A stretch of 64,000 nt of DNA, from the NCBI GenBank assembly GCA_964252035.1, contig OZ176207.1. The stretch is one strand, 5' to 3'. Below, piece after piece: positions 32,093-46,600 of the stretch. The first letter of the stretch is position 1. Each line of letters begins with the position of its first letter. This stretch comes from Podarcis erhardii (lineage: Eukaryota). Under the pieces are notes generated by a model, which was not told the DNA's origin, did not search any database, and saw nothing but the letters and a program-made list of their open reading frames with translations. Made by a program: the position numbers and the translations under genes.

Positions 32093-32147
<55 letters not shown>
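32093..32147. repeat. Compound (CT)n(CA)n microsatellite
   Basis: Read directly. Confidence 0.95.
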
Positions 32148-32749
32148 CAACACTGGGTAGTCTCATTGTGAAATACAATTTGAACTATCCCGTTGTGCAA
32201 AATATGACACCTATTGTATGCTAAAGACTGCAGTGTCAGAGGATCGCCCTGAAAAGTTTTTTCCCCTGTCATAGTAGCTGGTATTTCACAACCCAGGAAT
32301 CTGATAATTTAGGATTGCTCAGTGATAGTTACTTTCTTCTGCAGCAACTGGTTTGCCTTTCCATGTAATCAAGAAAAAAATCAATAAGCATACTTGTATT
32401 AACAGAAGTAAACAGTGGTGGTTGGTTAATTAGTAATGTAAAATTGAGCTGTGGTATAGAATATAGGCAGAATCCCTTAAAAATGTTTCCCGATTGCAGT
32501 ATAACATACACTTCTCCATACCATTCAGAATGCATGCTTGTGCAACAGTTCCCAAATGCTAAAACATTTCCTAATAAATCAGGTGGTGTTCTGCCACATC
32601 GAAAGGTGCTTCTCTGTGGGTACCCCCATTTTTCTTTATTGTGTGTCTTTCGCCTCAGTAAAAAAGATCCCATCTGTACTGGATAAAATGTTTTAAAGGC
32701 GCCTATGCTCGTCTGTTATGAGAGTAATCATGTTTAGTACTACTCAATC

Positions 32750-34600
32750 TACGTTTGCAAATAATTCTGTTATTAATAAGAGAATATGAGCCAGGCGCAG
32801 ACTTGCAGGCTCTCTGCTCAGCAACCTGTGCACCACGAGAGAAAAGAGGGCGCGGCTGCAGGACCTCGCTTTGGCCTGCGAAAGCAGAGCGCGAGAGAGG
32901 AATGGACGCATTGAAAGCGGGTCTAGCAAAGCGAAACTAGACTTCGTAGGGACTTTTCCCCTGTTCAGAATGAGGTGTTTGTTTGTTTTTAAAGACAGCT
33001 ATGTGAACTCCTGATCTGAGTGTGGGCGAGGGCGCCTGCCTCTGCAGGGTCTCCCCTGGTGGGGGGCTCTGCTGGTGTCCCAGACGTCCATGGAAGCAGC
33101 CCAGGCTTGCCTGGAGAGGCGGCCCTGGACGTCCAGGGCAACCTGAAGACCGAGGCCGTGACGTCGCGGCCCGTCTCGCCCCTTTGCCCTGCCTGCGCGC
33201 GAGTCTCGCTCTCCGGGCACAGGCAGGGGCCAAGCAGCTGGGAACGGCGTGTGTTAATCCTCCGCGCATCTCCTATCGGCCCAGCAGCGGGGCGGGGTCG
33301 GAGCCAACCAGGGTGTCTCCCGCTCCACTCCCTGGCCGAGTAGAAAGAAAGAAAAAGTGGGGCGGGGCGAAGGGAGGAGGGAGAGAGAGAGAGAAAAGGA
33401 AACCTAATTAAAGGTGCTCGCTCAGAAGAGCCGCTGAGGTAAACTCACCTCCCTTCGCCTCGCCCCACTCCCTCGCTCGGAGGCAAATCCTCCAGCGGAC
33501 GGGAGGAGACTTGAGTTAACAGAAGAAGGACAAAAAAAAAAAAAAAAGTAGGAGAAAACAACCGTCTCCGCCTCTCTGCTGATCCACTATCGCTGCCGCC
33601 ACCACCCTTGCAGCTCCTGCTGTGGAGACAGGCGGGTCGCCTCAGACTCACCTGGTCGCTCGTCCTGCGCGCGCGCGCGCCGCCGTTTCCGCTGCTCTCT
33701 TTTTCCCGCCGAGCCCACCTTCGCTCGCTCGCTCGCGCGCGCGACCCCAATCCGGCTGCAGCATGGCCCCGCTAGCGAGAGCGCGGCGCAGGGGGGGCTG
33801 GTGGACGGACGCCGGCCTCCGGGTCTTCGCCGGCCTTCTGGTGAGTAGGAGTAGGAGTAGGAGTCGCGCCTTGGGGAGCGGGAGAAGGGAGGCCGAGGGT
33901 GGGCTGAAGGGAGAGAGGCGCGGGAAGTCTGGGCGGCGGCGGCGGCGGCGGCGGCCACAGGTAACGGCGCCGCAGTGGGAACTTGCGGGGCGCAGTTGGT
34001 TGGGTTCGGCCTGGCGGACGTGCCGCGGGGCTCTGGGGCGGGAGGCGCTGCGGGGGGGGGGGAGGGGGAGGGCAGCGCCCACCTGGATTTTCCAGGGACG
34101 CCTCTTCGGGAGAAACAAAAAGCCGGACTCTTTATGCTATTTGCGCACACCGAAAAGTAATTTTTCGTTCTTAGGCTTTCGAAGCTGGGAGAAGCTTTCC
34201 CTCGCCAGATTCCGACTCGCATATTCGCAGAGAGAGAGAGAAAATGGGGGGGGGGGGTTCTCGTAGGAGTTGCGAAACTCGGAAGTTTTTAAAAGTGGGA
34301 ATGGGGAGACTTCACTGCGCTGTGGCGAGGAGAGAAAATGCAGAGACTCCTTTCAAAAAGGAGAGACGCGTTTACTCGGAAGCGAGTTCCCTTTTTTTCA
34401 AGTAGCTTTTTTTTTTCACACGGTGACTTCAGGGGCGTTCAGGGTGGAAGTTTCGTCCTGGAATTTGCTGTGGGGTTTTTGGGGGGTGGGTGGGGAGAGT
34501 TAGGATCCGATGGAATATACCGTGGGACTGGCTTCTTAAAATCGGCGACGCGCCTTGGCTCAGTGGCGTTTGTGTGCTCTGCGGGTTTCGCCCTGCCCTT
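32750..34600. promoter_or_regulatory. CpG island / promoter of gene B
   Basis: Abrupt GC- and CpG-rich block in AT-rich background around exon 1, with GGGCGG boxes, (CG)n runs and a (GGC)n tract; boundaries approximate. Confidence 0.85.
33763..33840 (+). CDS. DSC2: Gene B exon 1 ([26 protein letters not shown])
   Basis: GCAGCATGG Kozak-like ATG in CpG island, 26 codons, CTG|GTGAGT. Confidence 0.85.
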
Positions 34601-37600
34601 ATTAACTCGTGCCTTTGATCTGCCTTAGTCTTGCCCGGGATGGTTCCCACTTTGAAAAGGAAATGTGCTGGTTAAGAATTGACGGCATGCTTTTATTATA
34701 CCTGTGAGATGGTTAATCTGTGTGCTTACATATCAGTATTAGACTTGGGAATATATTTGCCTGGAAGAGGTCCTGAAGTGGGGGCAAAACTCTCTAGAGG
34801 CACAGGAAATTCAGTACCTCTTCTTCCTACATTTCTCTACTGTATTTGAAACGGATTATTTGAGACTGGGAGGAGGCGACTTTTAGGTTGCTTTTCATTT
34901 TTATTATGTACAGTGGTACCTCGGGTTATATATGCTTCAGGTTACATACCCTTCAGGTTACAGACTCCACTAACCCAGAAATATTGCTTCAGGTTAAGAA
35001 CTTTGCTTCAGGATGAGAACAGAAATCGTGCTCTGGCAGCGCGGCAGCAGGAGGAGGCCCCATTAGCTAAAGTGGTGCTTCAGGTTAAGAATAGTTTCAG
35101 GTTAAGTACGGACCTCCGGAACGAATTAAGTACTTAACCCAAGGTACCACTGTATTTTGTGTTTTCATATTGTGATTTTATGTTGTAACTGCCCTGAGAC
35201 CTGCAGGTATAGGACGGTATACAGATTTAATAAAAAATAAAAAATAACAATTTTCTAGCCATTTGCTATCAGTAAACTATTGCTGTTCTCTGAGTTTGGC
35301 TTCTGTTGCCAGTGGGTTTAAGTTCACCAGAAAAGCTGTAAGCAAATAGGAGATTGGAAATATTTCCCCCCCTTGTCAGTCTTGTAGGAAATAACAGCTG
35401 CGGTACACTCAGTGAATTTGATTTGCATGTTTCAAATAATAATTCTAAGGTTGCATCTAAGAACATAAGAGCTCTGTTGGATCAGGCCAAAGTCCCCTTC
35501 TAGTTCTCACAGTGGCCAACCAGATGCACCTATGGGAAACCCACAAGCAGGACATGAGACAGTACCCTGCTCCCCAGACGGTGGTGTCACATATCATCCA
35601 ATGCTGGAGGAGCGCACGAAAATCATGACTAGAAGACATTGATGGGTATAGCCTTCTTGAATTTGTCCAATTCCACTTTAAAGCTGTCCAAAGTGTTGGC
35701 TGTCTAGTAGAAAAAAGAAGCTTATATAAATTACCAACCCTTTGTCAAATACAGACAATGGGTTGGGTCCAGATTTAGTCATGCTGGGAGTAGACCCATT
35801 GAAATAAAAGCCACGGCTAACTTGTCCCCTTGGTTTCAATAGGCCTGCTTTGCCTGTATGCTTGTCTAGATCCAACCCACAAATGGGGAACATGATTAAC
35901 AGTGTGAACATCCTTTTTAAAATCTATAAAAACTAGCGATTGTGCAGACATAGACATGTTGGTTGAAATTTGAGCTTCTAATCCTTTGTAAGCAATAGGC
36001 CAGTTAATATGAATAGGCTCATTTACACAGCCCAGACATAGACATGTTGGTTGAAATTTGAGCTTCTAATCCTTTGTAAGCAATAGGCCAGTTAATATGA
36101 ATAGGCTCATTTACACAGCCCAGAGTCTCTATATGAATTTTATTTTAAGAAATGTACCTTACTTCCTTTGTCCAGTATCTTCCTTTGTCCAGTATCATGC
36201 TAGACTTATGGAAAACATTGGGCTTCCTTTCTTACTGAGATCTTTATAGACCCCATAGCCTTTCTGTGGCTCCCCGTACCTTACTGTATTGAGTTACGGT
36301 TCGGAATTTTCTCTCACAATTGTTTGTATCATTCCTTAACATCAAAAAAATTGGAGTAATGACTGTAGTCATGTGCACATTTGCTTCAGACTAAGTCCCA
36401 CTCTGGATTATTTTGATATCTTTTAAAACGAATTAAATCAACATTCTAATTTCTTTCAAGGTCGTCAACCTACCGTAATTCTGTGATCCATACAAAAGCA
36501 CAACCAGAGTGCTGCTCAGATTCATTTTGAAAGCCTGCATGTTTATCAGATTTTCGTTTCAAGACGCAAATAGTTCACTTGCCCCTTGCCTTCAATACAT
36601 TAATAATAATATAACTATTAATTGGTGGCTCTTCTAGCTTGCCATTTGTGGCCAGAAATAGCAAGTAATTTAATTTCCTAATTGATTGGTTTTACTTCCC
36701 CTTCAATAGACTTTTCCTGCTTTTTTTTTTAAAAAAAGTACCCTCTGCTACTGATGGTATTCAATCTGCACTCTAGCCTTTACAGCATTAATTTCATTAT
36801 TTATTTTTGGAATATCTAATGTATAGTAACTGCTTACACTCACTCCTATTCTATGTGAATTAGTTGACAGTGTATCAAATTGACTTCCATGGAACCCACT
36901 TGTTTCAATTAATGTTGCAGTATAGAGAAACTTGCACTCTTCCATCTAAGTACTTCACAATTTTAGATACATTATTACTTATAAGGCCTGCTGATATAAT
37001 TGTACCTTGTTTTCAAACAAGGTGTTTAGGAACAGGATGTTTAATATGTTTGAATCCCACTGAAATCATAAGATTTATACATACCACCCAAGTCCCATTT
37101 TTATAATGCTTTCATTGCGACACAATACTTTAAAATAAATAAAGCCTATCTTATTGGACAGAATTCCATTGTTCTAAAATGCAAACACTTCAGAAAAAGT
37201 TTGCTATCTTTTTTGGGATGAAAATAGGAACTTCACAAAGAAAACAATGAGTTAAAGTATTTGATTTACAAAACAGAGCTCTGTAAATCCCATCCCTGGC
37301 ACTGGTAATTCTGTGAATGTTTAGAATGTTTGTATGTGTTTAAACCAGTTTGAAAGTGCTGAATGTGTTACCTGAATTGTAATATACAAATAAAACCTGC
37401 AAAGTGATTTTTAGACTGCAATCCTACTATACACACCTCTGAGTAAATCCCATGGAATTCAGAAGGACTTCCTTCTAAAAGGCCATGCATAGAAGCACAC
37501 GGCTATTTTCTCTCTTATTCTTAATGTTCTTTAAACATAGCTAGGAAGAATGGAACTGTGCTGCATATATGAAACACTTGATTCTCAAATTGACATGAAT

Positions 37601-40600
37601 TGCTTTCAATAAGACAACTCTACACTAACTTTAACTGGTTATTGTTTGGTGTGACATATTCTCTTCGACTTACTCATACTGAATTTATTGACACTCCTGT
37701 AATTCCAAGACCATTTGTAGTGCCTTTAACAACCTTTTGCAATGATCATAAACCCACTTATTCCAGGGTAGAAATAATGAAGCAACGTGACGTCACTAGA
37801 CTTTTGTAAAAGTATAAGACAGTAATGGAAAATTGGAATGCAGGAAAAATGTCACTGCTTTTGCTCTTAAAAACTTTAATCCATTTTACATTTAAAGTGG
37901 TAATTTAATCTACATACTATTTTCCTGGGCACTTTTGTTAGAAACCCAGTAATACCTTTTAATTACCTCACTTTCACTTTCTTGCTACTTGATAAAGGAG
38001 TGCTCCTAATCTGTATTCTGTTGCATCCCTCCTTCCCACGCCCAAATATTAGTAGTTCCATGCGAATTACCATTATTTATAATTTGCCCTGAGCACAATG
38101 GAAGGATGGGGTAAAAATTAAATAATAATAATAATAATAATAATTGTACATATAGATAAATCTACTGCAGCAGCAGATACATTCAATACTCTGTGATTGT
38201 GACCCTGTAGGTGTTCAATTTATCAAGTAGTCTCCTTTTATGCTTCTGTTATCAGATTCTGTTATATCTGCCACTTTATTATTATTAATTTATTATCTTT
38301 TTATGTCTCTATTATATTGCCCCAGGGAAGGTCACAACAGTTTAAAACACAACATTAAAAATAGTTTTAAAACAAATTACAATCACAGTGTTTCTCAGTT
38401 TGGTCTTATGGACTTGATACAACATGATGCTTGACAGCTTTCCTACAGAGGGCAAAGTCACTATGGAGAGGAACCATGAGAGTAATGGTTCTGTGTTAAA
38501 TGGTAGACTGAAAAATGTCCCAACAGGTGAATATTTATTTCCCCGAGCCCCGTGTGCTGGCTCCCTCCAAAGCTTCTCCTAGCCATGTAGCAATGGCACA
38601 ATCCTCATTCACTGAAGAGGTTGCAGTGGAATCTGTTCCTTATCAAATGGAAATCTCCACTTGAAATGAATGATATGCTCAGAGATGCATCTAGTAATGC
38701 CAAACCTTTCATTAGTCGCTCCAGTAAGGCAATGTCTACTGATGTAAAAATAATAAAAAGAGGAGAGGAATAATTAAAAACATTTATTTGTGTGTTGTTT
38801 TTTGAGACTCCTTGATTTAGGGGATCAGCTGATTCCAGTGAAAGGGGGCATATGGTAAGGGTTCCAATTTTTGGAATTGCCAGCGCTGTTAGCCTCAAAG
38901 CTGTTGGGAATAAAATTCTGAAAACTTCTGGGCACTGTATTCACAGGTTCCCCATCAGTATCATAATGGAAAGGATCTTAGAAGGTGTGTTTTCTTAACT
39001 ACCAAGCTGAATTCTTGCCTGTTGAACTTAGGGCGGAAGCTTCCTCAATTTGTATTTTTTATTTTTTAAAATATATAACAGCCAATGAGCCTTTCTTACT
39101 ACAGTGGTACCTCGGGTTACATACGCTTCAGGTTACATATGCTTCAGGTTAGACTCCGCTAACCCAGAAATAATACCTCGGGTTAAGAACTTTGCTTCAG
39201 GATGAGAAAATAAATTGTGCTCTGGCAGCGGGAGGCCCCATTAGCTAAAGTGGTGCTTCAGGTTAAGAATGGACCTCCGGAACGAATTATGGTAAATACT
39301 TAACCCGAGGTACCACTGTATAAGTGGCACCACACTCATCTGATAACATGGTGGTAGGACTGGATGACAACAACTGCCTCAAGATGGGTTTGATCTGCTG
39401 CTGACCCTCTATAACCAGATCATGTGTATCTAGATTTGTTATAGAGAATATAGACTATCACAAAGTACCTCCTTTGAAGCGTGGTTTGAATCCTATGGTT
39501 TTAGTATATCCACCTGTTGTTTTGACATGCCATGTTGGAAAGCTTCTGAAATGCATGATCAGCATTCATGAGACCCAACAACATACTGGCAAATACTCAA
39601 TATAGTTTCTGCAGACACTTATCACCTGATTAAGCTGGAAATCAGATCAACTGATAGTTCACTTAAAAAGAAGAAGGAAAGGCTTATGAAATATGAAATC
39701 AACAGAAAGTCTTATAATTTTGGATTAAGAAGCAATCTCCTCATCTTCATACAGATCCTTTTGAGGAAATGTGCATTCCAGGTTCACATTAGTTTTGACT
39801 TTCAAGTGGGAGAAAAGTGTCCCTCAAGGTAGTGTTCTCGGTGTGTTTGTCTTCTCTGTAAAGATTTGTTGCAGTGTGATATCATATCTTATAGCATACA
39901 GTTGCCTTTTTGCAGATAATTTCCAGATGTTCTGTAGGTCTTTTGTTACATGGTTTAATGAAAGATAACTACAACAAGCTTCCCGCTCTCTCAATATATA
40001 TTGGTGTATACCAATCGGCTGTACTTTGTGACTGTACCTTTCTCAAACAAAAATCATTTGTTTGTACTTTTGCTGAAGGTGTAGCTTACATCCTGAAGTT
40101 ACATTGAAATTCCTAGTAGTTTCATACCTAGTAGTTTCAGAGTGTATGTATCTAGGGTTGAACAAGACGCTCACATTCTTACTGCACATTAACTTCCTAA
40201 AGGTGTTATACATGAAGGCACTGAATGTCCTGTTTTGCATTCTTCAACCACTTCAGGAACAGACTACACTTATATACTGCAAATCTACAGGGTGTTGATC
40301 TACTCCAGACTAGATTTGGGGCTCCATAATGTACAGTTCTGCAAAGCTGTTTGCACTGAAGAAACTATATCCTGCTTATTGGGGAATTAAATTGAGCATT
40401 GGAGCATATTACACCTCAACTCCTTATAGCCTTGGTACAGACTATATGCAACAATTTGTGGAAATCTCATTGATTCCCACATATCTCTGAACTAATTCTC
40501 ATGTTAATTCCAGCCACAGGCTCATTCAGCTATAGCTTACATCTGTTATTTTTTTGTCTTTTTTCCCATTTGAAGACTGCCTAGAGAAATGTCATGTTGT

Positions 40601-43600
40601 TTTTGCTGGGTTCCTGGGCATGCTGGAATTAAATTTGGTTGCCCAAGCTGCCAAGATGGCAACTCACCTTGCAACTAAGATTCCCATTTAGTGATTCTCC
40701 CTCCCCCAAGCTAAATCAATGGTACAGTGCCAAGAGCTGTGAGACAGCTGGAACAACAGACTTTGAATTCAAAATCAGTATTCCCATCATAAATACTTCC
40801 CTAAAAGAGCACTTCTCAAGAATTGCATGCCATTAACATTCCAGCAGTTCCTTCTGAAGAGAGAGGGCCTAATGGTGTTGGTGCTTTGCAACACTTCCCT
40901 CTGTCAAATATCTTTTTATCTGCTTGTCAAAACTGTCTCTAAATCCAGCCATCTGATTGGCACCACATGAGCCTAACTTCATTTTCTGGGTGAATACATT
41001 AATTAATGTGTCAATTTTCTGGTTTGCTGCCAATTTCCTCTGGTTTGCTGACCAGAAGATGCTTTATCAACAGAACATAACCTTCTAGATGGCTTACTGA
41101 AATGCATCTTGTGCACATAACAGTGCAATATGGCTTAGATGTTGTTGCATCAAAATAATCTCAAATCCTTCCTTATATTGACATCAAATAGTATGAAGGC
41201 CTGTCAACCATTCTTAATGGGGGAACCTGGAAATGTATATGTGCAAATTTCAGTCATATTAAGGAATATTACAATCTAATTCATGGATAAGGTTAGATCA
41301 CTATGCTATATTTCGGCCTATTGTTTATAGTTCTGTATATACAAAAATAACAAAAAATAATAATGCGATTCTTTTACTCCTCAGGTACTAAGTTTATTTT
41401 GTGAAGCTAGCAAGAAAGTGACTTTTAACGTGCCTTCCAAACTAGAAGCAGGAACATTAATTGGCAGATGTGAGTAACAATTACTAGAGCCTCTTTCTGT
41501 TGCTTTCACAATGATGTTCTGTTTTCTTCTCCCTGCAACCCATCTCATATTTACAGCGCACTCCAATGTACATCATTTTGGAAGCCTATCTGTGTTCAGT
41601 GGGGCTTATGCTTAGTTACAGTATAGCATAAGCTTACAACTTCAATCCTGGACACACTTAATGGGCAGCAAGCCCCAACTGAATGGGGTTCCTTTCAAAT
41701 AAATATGCATTGGATTGTGCTGCTATTCTGAAATCTTATGGTCCTTAGGAGGGTGCCCATGGGGTCATAGGAAGTATTGGATCTCACTTTCTGAAGGCAG
41801 AGAGAGCGCTCTGACCTTGGAGAAGGAGATCAGATGCTAGATTCCCCCACCCACACCACTGTGAAAACTTCATTGACTTAGTGTCAGGGGTCAGACATCA
41901 GTGGAGCCAGAAAGGGTGGTGGTGTAAGGGGTAGACAAGTAGAAGTATTGAACCTGAAGGATCACATGCATTTCTGCTCTCCTGACATGCCCCCTAAGCA
42001 TACTAAACACCCCCTGCCCTAAACCCAGCCCCAGAAAATGACAGAGGAGTGCAAGAGGGCTCCTCTGCCCTTACAGTTGAAGCAGATGAACTGCCTCTAG
42101 TTGTGCTGCACTCTGCCATGCCTTAGGCAGCATGGGATATGTATTTCATTATTGATTGTAAATAAAGCTTGCTTTTGAATCTATAACCAACAAAACTACT
42201 AAATAAGTTTTTGGATTTTGCATTTCATTCTCATCTGTAACCAGTTTATTTATCCATTCGCTTATTCGCTATTTGTTCATTTAATTGTTCTTAGTTTGAG
42301 TCATAGCCTTTTCCCCCAGTTGTGAAGGCTCTGGGTGGATAAGATCGACTTATTAGATTCATACTAGAGTGTCATGATAATGCTCTAGAAACTTTACCCT
42401 GACACTGCAACTATGTACAAATTTTAAAATTGTAAGCATGCAAATATAAATTTAGGACATGGATTTGGGAGTTGTTCTTTGCTGCTTTGTTTCTTGGTTT
42501 ACAGTTTTTACTGTTTTTGTTTTGTTTTACAGTAAATCTGAGACAGTATCTTAGGACATCTGACCTGATCAGTTCAAGTGATCCTGATTTCATAGTACTA
42601 GAAGATGGTTCTGTATATACAACAAATGCTGTTTCTTTGTCTTCTGAGAAGAAAGCTTTTACCATATCACTTAATGACTTGCAAGGTCATCTGCAAAAGA
42701 AAATACATGTCAATTTGCTATCACATCCAAAAAAGGTAAGTGACATGCAATTTTTTTTTAGATCAAAGTACATTTCAGTTATCTTCCTCGTTAGGCAAAT
42801 ATAGATGTTATAGGTACTGAAAAAGAGGTGGGGTTTTAGGGCGGGGAGAAGCAATGCTTGACATGACAGAACTGCACTGAAAGTTTCCTTGCCCCTGCAA
42901 GCAAACTTCAGCCATTGAAAAGGAGTGAGAACATTATGATTATGTCATATATACATTCCAGGATACATAATTCTGCTTCTTTTGACAGCAGCTTTGCAGT
43001 TCCTGTAATGTCTATTTTTGGCCTTAATTGACTGTCAACAGAACATTTGATTTAGCATATAACTTAAGCTCTCACTTCAGGTAAAGAGGAGGGCTGAATC
43101 TGTCTCTTTATTGCCCAGTTAAAATTGATGTAGCAAAAAAGGAATTATCTTCATCAAGGACATTAGAATTCCAAAAACACACACAAACATAATGAAAATA
43201 GAGGCATGAAAAACTGAAAACAGTTATGCAGGGTTGAAGTACTCAAAAATCACCGTACCAGAATGTTATAGCAATTCATGGAGAAAAAGATGGATACCAT
43301 GGTGAAATGCTGGAGAACGTTAATAGGAACAACACAGTATAGGAGAATGGAAAAAGTAAGGAATTACTAGAATATATTACTAATGTTCGTTTCTATTTCC
43401 TGAACACAGGCTCATAAAACAGGAGAGACTGTTCTTAGACGAACTAAACGAAGATGGAGTCCTCTTCCAACCCTAATAATGGAAAACTCACTAGGACCTT
43501 TCCCAATGCAAATTCAGCAGGTAACGTTTAATAAACCAGTCTGATTATACTCTACGCTCTAGCAAATGTGTTTTATGAATAAGATGAGTAGAAGAAACCT

Positions 43601-46600
43601 ATGATTTTAGGATAATTCTAATGACTTTTTGAGAAGCCTTGAACATGAAAAAGGAAACATCAATGATATCAATAATGACTAAGTAGTTGCTGGAGAGTAA
43701 TTTGTACCAGATAGAGTGATCCTAAGCACACTTGAAAATCAGTTCTATTAAAACAGGACTTACTGCCTCAGTGTGATTATGATCTCACAAGCTAAACAGT
43801 GTGTACTAAATTACACTCCTGTATAAATGGTGAAGGATTTTAAATGAACAAATATTTATCATGTTCTTCAGGAGTCTGAACTAACTTTGGTACTAGAAAA
43901 TTAAGAGACAAATTGATACTTTAATTCTGAGATACTAGCTATAGTATGATGACTTACGTTTTTCTGTTTCATACATCATTCTCTTTATACAGCTGTCTTC
44001 TGATACAGCCCAAAAATACAACATCACATATTCTATAAGTGGTCGTGGAGTCGACCAACCACCACTAAATTATTTTTATATTGAGAGGGAAACAGGAAAT
44101 CTCTTTGTTACTGTCCCAATAGATCGGGAAGAGTATTCAGAATTTGAGGTAAGAATGCAAACTTTGTCAGTTGTAACAGTTATAATATGAAGCCAAATGT
44201 GTTGTAAGTATAAAATGATGTGTTTTGAACAATGGATCAGTAGTGTTCATTGACACTTTGTTCATTTTGAGTATTTGAATTGGAATGGTAGGATCTGCAA
44301 CCTTGTTCTGCTTTTACTAAGCAAAACTTTTTCTGAGACACTGAATAGAACTTTATCTGATAGATGTTAATGATGGAGAAGTTTGACAGGGCAAAAGAAT
44401 GTATAAAGTAAAAAGTTTGGATTCCTTTCTGATGAAACACAGAAATGTACTTGAGTTTAAGAATTCTACAGAAAGATGGCTATTGGTAAAATGGAAACTG
44501 TAAACCTGTCAGTCTTTCACTGTTAAAGTATAAGAAACGTAAAACATTGGAAGTTCTTGTGTTTGTTCAGAAGCAAATAGCAATGCATTACAATAAAACC
44601 AATTGTCCTTACATAGGTAGCTACTAAAAGTGTTCCCTCTTTTTTTTTTTTTTTTTTTTTACAGATAATTTGCAATGCAAGGACATTAGATGGCTATACT
44701 CCAGAGGTACCACTTAGACATGTAATCCGAATTGAGGATGATAATGACAACCCACCAATATTTGACCCAGTTACTTGGGCTTTTAATGTTGTAGAAAACT
44801 GCAGAGCTGGTAAGCAACTAGAAATTTTATAATATCATTTCAATTACTTTTCTCTATTGGTGCCCTTCCACCAGTGGAATGAACCTTCACATGTGCAACA
44901 TGACTAGCTCTCTTTCCCCTCCTCCCTCCAGACATCTGTGTGCTCCCAAAATCTTTGCTGAAGGATTGGCAAACCATCTGGAGCAGATGGGGGAGCAGTA
45001 AAGAGGGAGGAAAAAAAAAAAAAGGAAAACCTGGATGTATAATCAGACATCTATTTGCCTGTCATTGAATGTTGCCCAGTGTTAAGATCTTCAATCTTCT
45101 TACTGGATGTTATATAATGGCAGATGTTAAGCCAGTGTAGGTTAATATTAATTTGTTTTACTATACTATTTTGGATTTTAAAAGTATTGACTGCACCATC
45201 CCCTTGGAATGGGGCAGGTTAGTAATCTAATAAATAAATGCATGGGCAAACACACAAGTACATACAATTTCACTAATTATGCATGAATGTCCCACATTAT
45301 TATTATATTGAGCACTGATATATATGAACATACACCAAGTCAAATGACTAGCCCATCTAGTCCAGAATTGTCTACTCTTATTAACACCAGCATTTTAGGG
45401 ACTGAAGCAGAAATCTTTCCCATCACCTGCTCCCTGATCATTTAACTGGCGGTGCCTGTGATTGAACCTGGGAGTCAGGACCTTCTGCTTTCAAAATATG
45501 CATTACCACTGAGCTATAATCCTTCCCATCACATTTTTCAAAAGCTTTCAGATTAGACCATGTATTTGCATCCATATTCATTTCAATGACTCTTGATATA
45601 AATGCTAGTCAGATTTATAACTGGTCTGTCCAGTTTGAAGAGTGTTTTCATTTATCTGTGTATGTTTGTAACTGGGTAAACCTTTGCTCCAAAATAGTGA
45701 AGATATTATTTTCTATGTAGAATAAAAGTTGTATCTCATCAAAACATGTTTTCATCATTCAGCATTTAACTGCTGCTTATGAAGACAGGGATAAATGTTA
45801 GACGGTCATTAACAAAATGAATGTAACACGAACAGCATCAGTGAAAAGATCTGCGCCTACTGTACACCGAGAATATCGTTTGACAGCAGCAATTGCGCAC
45901 ATGCTTATCTGGTGCAATTTCATGTAATTGCTAACTTAACAAATTTCCATAGGTATACATGGGGAGCAAGTGATTGTAAGACCACATTTTAGACATCGGC
46001 CTGCATAGATTTATCAGAATATGATAATATGAAACCTAGATTATTTTCTTAGGCAATGTCCTCCATTAGGAATCTCTGTGATTCAAAATCTGTAGATCAT
46101 TACAAATATATGTAATTATCTGAAAGCTCAGAATTACTACTTTTTAAAAATCACATAAACAGTGCAGGGCTTCTTCATCTACTGCTGCATATCTTCTGTT
46201 CATTTCACCAGGGCTTGGGCTGGAATCCCTTGCACTAACCCAGGCATAGGCAAATTCGGCCCTCCAGATGTTTTGGGACTACAACTCCCATCACCCCTAG
46301 CTAATAGGACCAGTGGTCAGGGATGATGGGAGTTGTAGTCCCAAAACATCTGGAGGGCTGAGTTTGCCTAGGCCTGCACTAACCCAAATGAAGTAAGGAG
46401 AGGTTTCAAAGCAAAGCAGCAGTCCATAAGCTTTATTAAGGGTGAAGTTAACAACCATGTATTGTATTTTCTTTTCGAGTACTTTAGGCGGGAGTTGCAT
46501 GTGTGCCGTATTATTAGGCTAGATCTCCAACGATAATTTGATCAGTATTTTATAGTATAATCTTAAAAAGGTTACAATGATAATCTGTGTATGCAGGTAC

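Noticed and set aside
32744-34650. Many overlapping long ORFs (up to 214 aa) on both strands
   Set aside because: Stop-poor GC-rich CpG island giving Arg/Gly/Pro/Ala low-complexity peptides; only the 78-nt gene B exon 1 fits a gene model.
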